64,000 bases of DNA from a bacterium (GCA_043803945.1 JAZDJN010000010.1:1-64000); one strand, 5' to 3'; shown: positions 8,215-17,373, counted from the stretch's first letter. The notes: generated by a model not told the origin, from the letters alone. Made by a program: numbers and translations.

Positions 8215-9546
8215 CTACTTCACCTTGTTTGCAGAGGGTAGTTGTCGTAGTACATAGTCTATAACGGGTATCAAAATGTCATATCCCTCTTTTGTGAGAA
8301 AGCGTTTCGGATTGGCGGGGGTCTTCTTATACTCTGTCAGCAGTTTCTCTTTCACCTGTGTCAGTTCTTTGGCACAATTCACCGAGTCGTTCCGGACGAG
8401 GTGTTTTTTTGCATTCTCCAATCCGTTATCCAGTTCATTCACAAAGTTCTTGTCACCCAGCGGGCCATTGGCAGCGCAGCGATGTTTGGCGGCGATGAGG
8501 GTATCTAGCAGAACGCTTACCTTAAGTTGAAGTATCGGGAAGGTGAGAATATTGGATGTATCGCTGCCGGTGACAACGGCAACTTGAGCCGTTCCTGCAA
8601 CAGCAACATCAGCGGCAAGGATGGTGGCCTGCAAGACACTATCGGAAATGCATATTGTTGTCCGTGCCGATTGGTTCCATATGATCGTGGAGCGACTCGA
8701 AAAGTTCTTTCCATTGACAGTAAGAGTAAACGCTCCATTGTTCGAAAGCCAATATAAAGGATTCAAAGAATTGATGCTTGGCACCATATCTTTCGGTAGC
8801 TCGATAATAAGCTGTTCGACATCTTTCTTCAACAACTCAAAAGCCTTCCCGGAGATGTTTGTGACACTGTCGCTCCGGAGTTCAGTAAGAGCACTGGTCA
8901 GGCTTGATCGTGCAGCGATGTAATCTTGAGATTGGATTTGTTGACCTAAGTCCGTGAAGAGATTGATATATTTATCAGCGATGGACTGAGTATATATCCA
9001 ATTCATTTTTCGCATAACGGCAACATCCTGGATGAGACTTCTTGCCGAGACGAGTTTCCTAAAACTATTTGGTGCATTCGGATCGCTGTGGAAAATAAAT
9101 TCGAAGGTGATAGTGCTGTCTTTTTCTATCGGAATTGTATTTAGCTCGTAATCTATAGCTCTCTCTGAGAAATCGGTGTATACACCGATGCAAAGATGAA
9201 AAGTATCTCTCTTAGCACCATATAAATGAATCAAGAACTTTCCTTCATTCTCAAGTGAATAGAAGTAGTATGCAAACTCCATCCAATAATCTGGCTCAAC
9301 GGCTGGATCTACACTTCCATAACTTTGAAAAGAAGCATATGAGGCATTAGGAATCTCGTCATAACGTTTCCATTTGGTTGAATCGGGCTCGCCTCGCGGG
9401 TCTGCTCCACACCTGTTTCCAATAGAATCAGTAAATACAAAACTAACTGACGTAGAGGTGGTGGCACCCATAAGTACTTGATTCTGAGCTGTTGCACAAG
9501 ATAAGAGAATAGTAATTTGAACAAACAGCAGGATGATGTTTCGCAT
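8215..9546 (-). CDS. Secreted protein with IPT/TIG-like domain and FIMAH-like helical modules (cassette A, gene 2; putative partner/immunity)
   Basis: Signal peptide; PSINSLNP...FTLTVNGKNF IPT-like segment; C-terminus LDTLIAAKH...LENAKKHL...LTKEGYDIL aligns with the C-terminus of 13424..14797. Confidence 0.7.
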   Translation of the reverse strand: MRNIILLFVQITILLSCATAQNQVLMGATTSTSVSFVFTDSIGNRCGADPRGEPDSTKWKRYDEIPNASYASFQSYGSVDPAVEPDYWMEFAYYFYSLENEGKFLIHLYGAKRDTFHLCIGVYTDFSERAIDYELNTIPIEKDSTITFEFIFHSDPNAPNSFRKLVSARSLIQDVAVMRKMNWIYTQSIADKYINLFTDLGQQIQSQDYIAARSSLTSALTELRSDSVTNISGKAFELLKKDVEQLIIELPKDMVPSINSLNPLYWLSNNGAFTLTVNGKNFSSRSTIIWNQSARTTICISDSVLQATILAADVAVAGTAQVAVVTGSDTSNILTFPILQLKVSVLLDTLIAAKHRCAANGPLGDKNFVNELDNGLENAKKHLVRNDSVNCAKELTQVKEKLLTEYKKTPANPKRFLTKEGYDILIPVIDYVLRQLPSANKVK

Positions 9547-9563
9547 TGTTCACCTCTATTTTT

Positions 9564-12410
9564 TCAATTTCCTTTTGTAATAATTTGTACATAAGAATAA
9601 AATATATTTCGATACTGACTTAATGTGCTACTTTCTGTATATGAAGGATCTATAATTCTATATTCTCCGCTTGTGGTTTTTGAAGTTACGATAACCCAAT
9701 GGCTACGATCGGATTTTTCATTCCATACTGATACTATGACTGGCCCTTTTATCAATGCTTGGTCTAATTTTGAGTGTGACGTAGATGGCGTATTTTTTGT
9801 ATAGCCATCTAATGTATTCGGTACAATCACGATGCCCCTACTTGATTTTCTAAAATAATCTTTCATACGCCACCAAAGAAGAGCAGCATAATCAAAACAT
9901 TTATTTTCAGGAGCTTTAAAAATGATATTCAATTCTCTGGGATTTGTGTTAAATCCAAGTGCATTCAACACCATTGCCACACAAGTCAATGCACACCCTT
10001 TAGAACCAATAGTAGTGCCCTTGGAATATCCTAGCGTATCAATATTCCAAGATGTGTCTGTTTGTCGAAAATATTTTGCCAGGCTATTCGGATTGTTCAC
10101 TAGAACGGCTCCTTGCGCTAAAATGTTTTCCCCTCCTGAAACCATTACGCCTATACCCACAGGCCATAGCGGAGGGACAGTTCCATCGGCAACAAATTTT
10201 ATTTTTCCCGCACTAATATTTTGAAATGGAACGCCCGAGAATGTCTTTCCACTTCCTCCATCACCGTTGGTCAGGTTTCCATATTCCTGGTCGTCGGGTA
10301 ATATTCCAATGGCGAATGTTTCAATTTTACTGGGTGTTATAGTTTTCTTCTTTTGATATGCAGAAACACTAAGTGTGGAGGATTCACTCGTTTGTATTTC
10401 TTGAGGATTCCAACGAACAGATAAAGAATCAAATTTATTGTTTTGTATCACCACACTGCCGCTCGGCACGGGGCAGTCATTCATCAGCAGACGCTGCTGG
10501 ATAGCTTGGGCAAGGCGCATGGCACGCGAGCTGCTTTGTGCTGCTTGCTTCGATAAGCCTTTTCCTCCTGTCTGATGTTTCACGGCTATCCCTGCTTCAC
10601 CGCCTCCCGCTATCGCCTCAACCACAATCCCTACGCTTATCGAATCCACACTGAGTGTGTCGGCGGCTATAAAATATACCGGTTGTGTGACAGAGTACAA
10701 CTCCGTCCCCTCTGTCATCCCTGCCATACCATTTCCCCGTAGCTTGCCATACTCGCTATTCGTTATCAGCCATACATTGAACAGTTGATCGGCTGCATAT
10801 TCCTCTAACGTCCCGCCATCCTTTAGTTTTTTGAACGATAACCTCGTTGTATCACCGGGGGAGAGTCTGGATCGCTCAAAATCTATTCGAGCACATTCCA
10901 CCTTCTTTATTACTGTTACCCTCGCAATCCCATACTCAATTTCTTGCTCCCCTGAACCGTCACCCTTCACTACCGCAATGTAAATACACACTTCGACACT
11001 ATCGGGCATCGGTATCTCTTCCTCTGCCTGAAACCAGACCTGTGGTGAAAAACCCGTGATCCTATCTCCCGTTGAAGAACCATCCATTGCAGTCAAATGA
11101 CCGGCGTCATAATTTTTCGCTATAGCAAACATAATCATGCAATCTTGCGGAACTGGAACAATTTCACCTCCCGGTAACCTTTGCTTCACATCAAGAAGTG
11201 ATCGCTCACCGAATGTTATCTTGCCTGGATCCACGGTGATTGCCAAAGTATTGGGGACGATAGAGACGCTCATCGTGTCTGGAAGGATTTCTGCACTCGA
11301 TGAGCTGACACAGATCGTGACCTCTTCCCCGCCTCCCATTGGCTCCCTGCCCGTTGCTTCTAATAGAACTCTTGCACTTCCCTCGATCGATGGCTCAATA
11401 TTTTCAAGTACGTTTCCCCCTCCCTGGTGTGTGGCAGAGTATAACCCCACCAGGTCGCCGCCCTGAATCACCTCAAATCTATACTTCTCACCCGGTGGCA
11501 GTGCAACAGGATCACCGTCAAGATACGCTTGAGCCATGATCTGTTCGCTCTCTCCATGCACTATCAACATTGGTTCCATGGTGAGTTTGAGTTTAGGCTT
11601 TGGAAACACCGGCGGTACAATTTGAAATTGATTTATCGCAACCAGACTGTTAATCTCAGCAGAAACAACAACCGTAGCACTCGAACCGGCGCCTATACTA
11701 TCCACCGCAATAAATTTTACTCCACTGATATCACCCAATAATTTCGATACTGTATAGCCAAGAGGAGATCCGGTATCGGAATAGAATTGTCCGTACTCTC
11801 GTCCATCGATAATCGTCAACGTGACGGGGTCATGTGCCACATCGAATGGAATACCCGAACATCCCACGGCAGGATATACCGAAAAGGAATTTTCTCCCGA
11901 AGGTGAAATAGTCGTCCTTCCAATATCCAGCCCGACCCGATAGATAGACGGCAATGTATATCCATCCAGTCGCACGATCGACATAGGAGGACTACCCCAA
12001 CCATAGTATGGAGGAATAGTAACCGTTGTATCATGGTCGGAACTGCCCGGAGCAATTACTTTGACATTGACAACCGCCGAGGTTGGCCAGCCGTAGTGGA
12101 AAATACGTAACTCATAATCTCCGTTAGAGGTGTATGACACCTCATAAACACGATACGTATCTCCAGATCCAACTTCTGTATATGCTCCGCTACAATCGCA
12201 AAATGCCCAAAAGCCTATAGGTGTGCCAGCCGAGAATTCCAAACGCACAGTGAGAACGTTGGTAGTCGTGGTGGTCATGATAGCCGCGGCTGCCTGAGGC
12301 TTCGGGCTCAGGATAACCTTTTCGCGAATCTTCACCTGGGTAGTAAGCTGGGATAGGAACGTTAAAATGGAAAGCGTTACTAGAAAGAGAATCAAGTAGA
12401 TGTTCTTCAT
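9564..12410 (-). CDS. Large secreted multi-module protein with C-terminal C39-like (papain-fold) peptidase (cassette A, gene 1)
   Basis: Signal peptide; about five repeated beta-rich modules; tip YFRQTD..W...IGSKGCALTCVAMVL...SHWVIVT...IIDP (Gln/Cys/His/Asp pattern of Peptidase_C39-like domains). Confidence 0.8.
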   Translation of the reverse strand: MKNIYLILFLVTLSILTFLSQLTTQVKIREKVILSPKPQAAAAIMTTTTTNVLTVRLEFSAGTPIGFWAFCDCSGAYTEVGSGDTYRVYEVSYTSNGDYELRIFHYGWPTSAVVNVKVIAPGSSDHDTTVTIPPYYGWGSPPMSIVRLDGYTLPSIYRVGLDIGRTTISPSGENSFSVYPAVGCSGIPFDVAHDPVTLTIIDGREYGQFYSDTGSPLGYTVSKLLGDISGVKFIAVDSIGAGSSATVVVSAEINSLVAINQFQIVPPVFPKPKLKLTMEPMLIVHGESEQIMAQAYLDGDPVALPPGEKYRFEVIQGGDLVGLYSATHQGGGNVLENIEPSIEGSARVLLEATGREPMGGGEEVTICVSSSSAEILPDTMSVSIVPNTLAITVDPGKITFGERSLLDVKQRLPGGEIVPVPQDCMIMFAIAKNYDAGHLTAMDGSSTGDRITGFSPQVWFQAEEEIPMPDSVEVCIYIAVVKGDGSGEQEIEYGIARVTVIKKVECARIDFERSRLSPGDTTRLSFKKLKDGGTLEEYAADQLFNVWLITNSEYGKLRGNGMAGMTEGTELYSVTQPVYFIAADTLSVDSISVGIVVEAIAGGGEAGIAVKHQTGGKGLSKQAAQSSSRAMRLAQAIQQRLLMNDCPVPSGSVVIQNNKFDSLSVRWNPQEIQTSESSTLSVSAYQKKKTITPSKIETFAIGILPDDQEYGNLTNGDGGSGKTFSGVPFQNISAGKIKFVADGTVPPLWPVGIGVMVSGGENILAQGAVLVNNPNSLAKYFRQTDTSWNIDTLGYSKGTTIGSKGCALTCVAMVLNALGFNTNPRELNIIFKAPENKCFDYAALLWWRMKDYFRKSSRGIVIVPNTLDGYTKNTPSTSHSKLDQALIKGPVIVSVWNEKSDRSHWVIVTSKTTSGEYRIIDPSYTESSTLSQYRNIFYSYVQIITKGN

Positions 12411-12498
12411 GCGAGACCTCCCGAAGGTCTACGGTGATGAGTGGATGGGTTAAACGTTACGGTGCAAGTATACCTTTTTTTTTTACGATAAACGCAAG
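12403..12498 (-). promoter_or_regulatory. Cassette A leader: TTGCGT-19 bp (A10 tract)-TATACT promoter and hairpin covering the SD; duplicated at 17278-17373
   Basis: -35 at 12492-12497, -10 at 12467-12472, T10 at 12475-12484; AGACCT-TCGGG-AGGTCT hairpin (12414-12430) contains GGAGGT just before the ATG. Confidence 0.7.
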
Positions 12499-12606
12499 AG
12501 ATGGAATAATTAATTTTCGATTGCAGGTAAAACGAAATCGATCCCGGCTTTCGCTGAGACCATCTACCATTTTCCCCTCCACAAATTCACACAATAAAAA
12601 ATTCAG

Positions 12607-13410
12607 TCATTTCACCAGCATCATCGCCTTGCGGGCAATTTGTTTGGAGCCGGAGTTCTCAGTTGTTGTGAGAACATACACATACGCCCCGCTTGCATAG
12701 TGCGAAGCATCGAACGTCTCCTTGAAATATCCCGCCAGCCTCTCCGCATCCACCAGCGTTGTTACCTGCTGACCAAGCATGTTGAAGATTCTCAGATTGA
12801 TGTGTGCTTCTTTCGACAACTGATACGCAATGGTCGTTGACGGGTTGAACGGATTCGGATAGTTCTGGAACAACTCAAATGTCTCCGGCGGCGAGACTTT
12901 AATTGCAATCTCTTTCTCCCATTGACTCCCTTCGTTTGTTGTGATGGTGAATTTCAGTTTCGTTTCACTCGCTACCGCTGCCGACTTATCGACAGCGAAT
13001 ATTACTGAAACCGATAATTCTTGATGCGGTTTGAGCAAAGCAAGTGTTTGAGATATCGAAGAGCATTTCACCCATTCCGGGTGTTCCGTCATTCGTACTT
13101 CGATGTTTGACATTGCATCCCTGGTTTCATTGACAACCGTTAACTCTATGGTGTTGTCCGATGATCCAAATGGAACCGTATGGACGACAGCTTTTACATT
13201 TTCTGCTGGTTTGGTATTACCTTCAGACAGTTTTTCAGTTCCTTCCCGGGTCATCTCGATTTCAGTTCTCGGGCATCGTCTCTGCTGTTGCCATTGATCA
13301 AAGAATTCTTTCGTTAATATTCGTTTGGGAGCGGAGCCGCCTTGAACGACAGGCTGCTGGCTGTAAGCAAATTGCATTATGAGGAACAATCCGATGATAA
13401 AATTTCGCAT
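12607..13410 (-). CDS. Small secreted protein: Ig-like domain plus T9SS type A sorting domain (cassette B, gene 3)
   Basis: Signal peptide AYS|QQ; paralog of 7537..8172 (PF.S..NTIELT..N; WEKEIAIKVSPPETFELFQNYPNPFNP). Confidence 0.88.
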   Translation of the reverse strand: MRNFIIGLFLIMQFAYSQQPVVQGGSAPKRILTKEFFDQWQQQRRCPRTEIEMTREGTEKLSEGNTKPAENVKAVVHTVPFGSSDNTIELTVVNETRDAMSNIEVRMTEHPEWVKCSSISQTLALLKPHQELSVSVIFAVDKSAAVASETKLKFTITTNEGSQWEKEIAIKVSPPETFELFQNYPNPFNPSTTIAYQLSKEAHINLRIFNMLGQQVTTLVDAERLAGYFKETFDASHYASGAYVYVLTTTENSGSKQIARKAMMLVK

Positions 13411-13423
13411 ACGATATTCCTCC

Positions 13424-14797
13424 CTACAGTTTTGAGATAAGATACTCGGCGTTGTATTTCAACAGGGCGTATGCTTCAGAGGTGATCTGGTTTTCTTGTT
13501 TGTTCAGAGCTTCGACCTCATTCACAAATGCTTCGAGAATATTTCTTGCTGTCTTTGTATTCCCCTTCTGTAGTTGTTGTCTGGCATTCTCGAGTTTTTG
13601 ATCGAGGCTTGTCGTGATTCCCTTGTTTAGAATCCAATCAAGCTCAATAGCCTGGTGTTTATAAGTAATGAGAGTATCAATCCAGTTAATCGGTATAAAT
13701 TGACTAGATGGATCTACGGGGCCGATAGTTTTCCCCTTCACAGAATTATCATAAATATCTTTTGTACTAATTGGACCATTGTTACCTTGTACAAAGAATA
13801 ATTGAATACCTGGTAAGGCATTTGTTGTGAATGAAAAACTAGAGTCAACATCTGATTGTGCCATCAGGTTTTCCCCATCCAGATCTTCCCAAATCAACAA
13901 TGGCTTCTTCTCCGATAAAATAAATTCCCACTTATCCCTCCCTGTCACATTGAATATATTATTCGTTCCTCTTACGAGCACAAAATTCTCAATTCTCTGT
14001 ATACTCTCGGAAGAGTTAATTAGTCTATAGGAAAATTGAAAAGAATCTTCATACTTCGACACTTTTGATCTGATTGTAACAATTACTTTGTTTTTTGGCA
14101 GTGCGGTAATTTGCGGTGGTACACATCTAGAATACAATTGACCATTCCAACAATATGTAACTGCTACCGTGCTGTCCGAATATAAATTTTCTTGCAACCG
14201 TCCTTGTATTTCTTTTATACCGTCTCCATCCTTGTCGACTATTTCTAAATCGTCGCTAAATGATGCTATCTCTGAATGCCCTTCTGAGTCAAAGGAATTG
14301 AGCAGTTGTCCTACCTGGCCATCCCATCCAGCAATCCAAATATATCTATTTCCCCCTCGTATCCCTTCTTCCCAATAGCAGACAAGCTCTACCTTACCAT
14401 CTCGATTGATATCTGAAACAGTAACATAACCTGCTGTTGCAACATCGAAGCTGTTGATCAATGTATCAAGATGCCAAATGATTTGATTATCCTTAAAGAT
14501 TCCAAAAAATCCCCGTGGATAGCCATCATTCTCCTGAGGTTTCGCCTCTGCTGTAAAAAGATAACAATGATTCAAAGTTCCAAAGGGATTTTCAATAGAG
14601 TATTGAGAGACCCGGTTTCTTCCAATTGCACTATCTACGTTAATCAGATCTGTCACTCTATATTTTTCATCGCCATAAATTGAATTAATGGCTCTGTTTA
14701 TTCTCTCATAATCATTTTGTAACACACCTGGATTCATTTGTGCAATCGCAAGCACAGGGAAAATAATGAGAAAAAGCATAGTTGTTGATTTATTCAT
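13424..14797 (-). CDS. Secreted protein with Ca-binding-like loops and FIMAH-like C-terminal helical module (cassette B, gene 2; putative partner/immunity)
   Basis: Signal peptide AIA|Q; DINRDGKVE and DKDGDGIKE loops; C-terminus IDTLITYKH...SLDQKLENARQQL...LEAFVNEVEA...ITSEAYALL. Confidence 0.7.
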   Translation of the reverse strand: MNKSTTMLFLIIFPVLAIAQMNPGVLQNDYERINRAINSIYGDEKYRVTDLINVDSAIGRNRVSQYSIENPFGTLNHCYLFTAEAKPQENDGYPRGFFGIFKDNQIIWHLDTLINSFDVATAGYVTVSDINRDGKVELVCYWEEGIRGGNRYIWIAGWDGQVGQLLNSFDSEGHSEIASFSDDLEIVDKDGDGIKEIQGRLQENLYSDSTVAVTYCWNGQLYSRCVPPQITALPKNKVIVTIRSKVSKYEDSFQFSYRLINSSESIQRIENFVLVRGTNNIFNVTGRDKWEFILSEKKPLLIWEDLDGENLMAQSDVDSSFSFTTNALPGIQLFFVQGNNGPISTKDIYDNSVKGKTIGPVDPSSQFIPINWIDTLITYKHQAIELDWILNKGITTSLDQKLENARQQLQKGNTKTARNILEAFVNEVEALNKQENQITSEAYALLKYNAEYLISKL

Positions 14798-14807
14798 AAG
14801 AACCTCA

Positions 14808-17285
14808 TTATTGGTTTTGTGGTAGATAATGTAACACTTTTCTCATTACTCCATTTCGATACCACTCATTTGGATTCCATTTATAATAAACGATAAATCT
14901 AAAGCTTGTTTCAAAACCTGCAGGCCAATCACCGGTTTCTTCAAGAGCGTAGCCTAAATATCTTTCCAATAGGGACTTCTGATATTTTAATGAAAGCTCC
15001 ATAATTGCAGTCGTAACATTTAGCTCTTCAGGGAGATGTTGTCGATCACTTGGATACCTGCGTGCCAAAGCTGTAGTATAGAGCATCTGAAGCAATCCAT
15101 ATGAACTAGCTATGCGCGTTTGAGCTTTGACATTTTTCAAGCCACCCTTCCATTTATCCCGTAGAAACACAACAATTCTTTCATTCGCTTTAGAAATGGC
15201 TATAGATGAATTATACGTTTCGAGGAACTCATTGAGATACTCTCTATATTTATTTGTCAAAGTACTATAAGGAGAAAAGTTCATAGAGCCATCGGTATTA
15301 CGTATTCCATATAATCGGTGAGATTCATCGTTAATATCATTCACTAATTGTGAATGATCGTAGACCATATCCCAGACTGTTTTATTTGGATATGGATACT
15401 CTATCGTACGAACATTTTGATGTTGTGGTATGGGAGGATCATTTACGGGGCTTTCTCTAACAAAAAACGGATTTGTCACCATAGCAATAACACCGGGCCA
15501 AAATTGAACAGTATATGGTTCATATCGATAAGATGGATTGAATCGGTTACCGTGATGATCTGCTTCCTGCTCCATCTGTCCCTTTATAAAGTGCGGTGGT
15601 ACACCATATTTTCCACCATACGAAATACAAATTGAATCGATGTCTATCTCATTATTGAATACATCTCTTGACAATTGATATGTTGGATTTTGCCCTGGCG
15701 TGAGTAACCTGGTTGGCTTCGTGACCTTAATTGATATGCTCGTTGTCAAGTTTTGATAAATTGCTGTCAGCTTCACCCTGAAAGTTTTATCTTTCTCCCA
15801 ATATCGTCCAACAAGCCTTATCAAGCCATTAGGCAAGCCTGCTCCCTCTGGCTTTTTTTTCTCCCAATACACCCCGAGTTTTTCATCTCCTTCTACTTTC
15901 TGTACGGCACTGTTACTCCACACTCCTTCAGATGAAATGCCTTCGGCAGGTAAAATAGGATTAGATGTCTCTTCTATCTCTAACTTATCACCTCTTAATA
16001 CTGTATAGTAATACTTCGTCTCACCAAGAAGAATTTCATTCTCCTTGTTCCCCTTCACCAATACACCTCTTCCCGTTTTATTCCAATCCCAATCATCAAC
16101 GATTTGAACAATAATCCGTGCCGTGCTGTCAAGCGATCCGCCCCCGGATGCAACAACAAGCCTGAGCTCGTTCCTTACCTGCCGGAACGGCCTCCCCCAA
16201 AGATCTGTGCCATAACTATTCCCGAGCGTATCCTGAATCACAGCAATACCGCGACCTTCGATGATTCTGATATCCATCGGCTCTTCTGCATCCTCCGTAC
16301 CGCTCACAGGATCGATAAACATTCGAATCGTATCTCCATACGTAACCTCGTTCTTTTCGAACCGGACCGTATAGGCGGGCGGTGCAATCCAGGCATACAC
16401 CGCTGCGTCCAGAAAATCGGCGTCAATCCAATCTTCATACTCTATATACCACATCAACCACCGTGAGTCCCACTCATAACGCGGATAGGTCTGCTGCCCA
16501 AGAAGGCTGGGTGCACCGGATATCATGGGCAGCCGAAATGTGTCTCCTGGTACGATTTCCCCCAGGTTCACCGGGAAGTTCTGCAGCGCTGCATCCATGA
16601 GCAGCGAGTCATTCTTCGAGCGAAACAACAGTCTATCGCCACTGTAGCTATTGGGAAGATATCGGGCAACGAGTGCTCCACTGAGCGGCGCAACAAAGGG
16701 GCGTTCCTGTTTCGGTGGGCCAGCATCCGAGCGGAGATCCACTGCTGTGCTTATATCGGAGTAAAGCCGAAGCGAGAAGCTGAACTTGTTGGATGATTCT
16801 CTAAACCGTACACTATAATACCCCCATTCCGATTTCAGACCGAGTGTGCCGTAAGTACCCGACGCTTCCGATTCACTGTTGATATAGTTTCCATTTTCAC
16901 TTAAGAACTCGACGCTCAAGGAAAGATTGTCGCCCGGCAGAAATGAGCCTGCTTCATGTTCTTTACCAAAGAAGCCCCCTTCCAGTACATTACCCTGGAA
17001 GACTACATTGCCGATCGGGAGTGCAGTAATTCTTATGTTCGGCGTCAAACAAGACCAGCTATAAAATGTGGGACGCAGCGTAACACGACCTCCCATCGTA
17101 AAACGAAAGTATGTATATCCGGTCGAAGGCGGGATATCCCAGGTACTGGTGATTGTAGATGGTGTGAGAGATTGTGAGGATTGTGTGTTCGACTGAATCG
17201 AGATCTTTTCTTTGATTGTTACCTGAGCGTAAAGACAACACGCAAAGAGAATGATCATGGAACCGAGAATCGGCAGCTTCTTCAT
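14808..17285 (-). CDS. Large secreted protein with C-terminal lysozyme / lytic-transglycosylase-like domain (cassette B, gene 1)
   Basis: Signal peptide LYA|QVTIKEKI (compare LTT|QVKIREKV in cassette A); tip KYGVPPHFIKGQMEQEA...YRYEP...ASSYGLLQML resembles SLT motifs I and II with a large insert. Confidence 0.65.
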   Translation of the reverse strand: MKKLPILGSMIILFACCLYAQVTIKEKISIQSNTQSSQSLTPSTITSTWDIPPSTGYTYFRFTMGGRVTLRPTFYSWSCLTPNIRITALPIGNVVFQGNVLEGGFFGKEHEAGSFLPGDNLSLSVEFLSENGNYINSESEASGTYGTLGLKSEWGYYSVRFRESSNKFSFSLRLYSDISTAVDLRSDAGPPKQERPFVAPLSGALVARYLPNSYSGDRLLFRSKNDSLLMDAALQNFPVNLGEIVPGDTFRLPMISGAPSLLGQQTYPRYEWDSRWLMWYIEYEDWIDADFLDAAVYAWIAPPAYTVRFEKNEVTYGDTIRMFIDPVSGTEDAEEPMDIRIIEGRGIAVIQDTLGNSYGTDLWGRPFRQVRNELRLVVASGGGSLDSTARIIVQIVDDWDWNKTGRGVLVKGNKENEILLGETKYYYTVLRGDKLEIEETSNPILPAEGISSEGVWSNSAVQKVEGDEKLGVYWEKKKPEGAGLPNGLIRLVGRYWEKDKTFRVKLTAIYQNLTTSISIKVTKPTRLLTPGQNPTYQLSRDVFNNEIDIDSICISYGGKYGVPPHFIKGQMEQEADHHGNRFNPSYRYEPYTVQFWPGVIAMVTNPFFVRESPVNDPPIPQHQNVRTIEYPYPNKTVWDMVYDHSQLVNDINDESHRLYGIRNTDGSMNFSPYSTLTNKYREYLNEFLETYNSSIAISKANERIVVFLRDKWKGGLKNVKAQTRIASSYGLLQMLYTTALARRYPSDRQHLPEELNVTTAIMELSLKYQKSLLERYLGYALEETGDWPAGFETSFRFIVYYKWNPNEWYRNGVMRKVLHYLPQNQ

Positions 17286-17373
17286 GCGAGACCTCCCGAA
17301 GGTCTACGGTGATTGATGGATGGGTTTAAGCCTTACGGTGCAAGTATACCTTTTTTTTTACGATAAACGCAAG
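17278..17373 (-). promoter_or_regulatory. Cassette B leader: TTGCGT-18 bp (A9 tract)-TATACT promoter and the same SD hairpin
   Basis: -35 at 17367-17372, -10 at 17343-17348, T9 at 17351-17359, hairpin 17289-17305; near-identical to 12403-12498. Confidence 0.7.
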
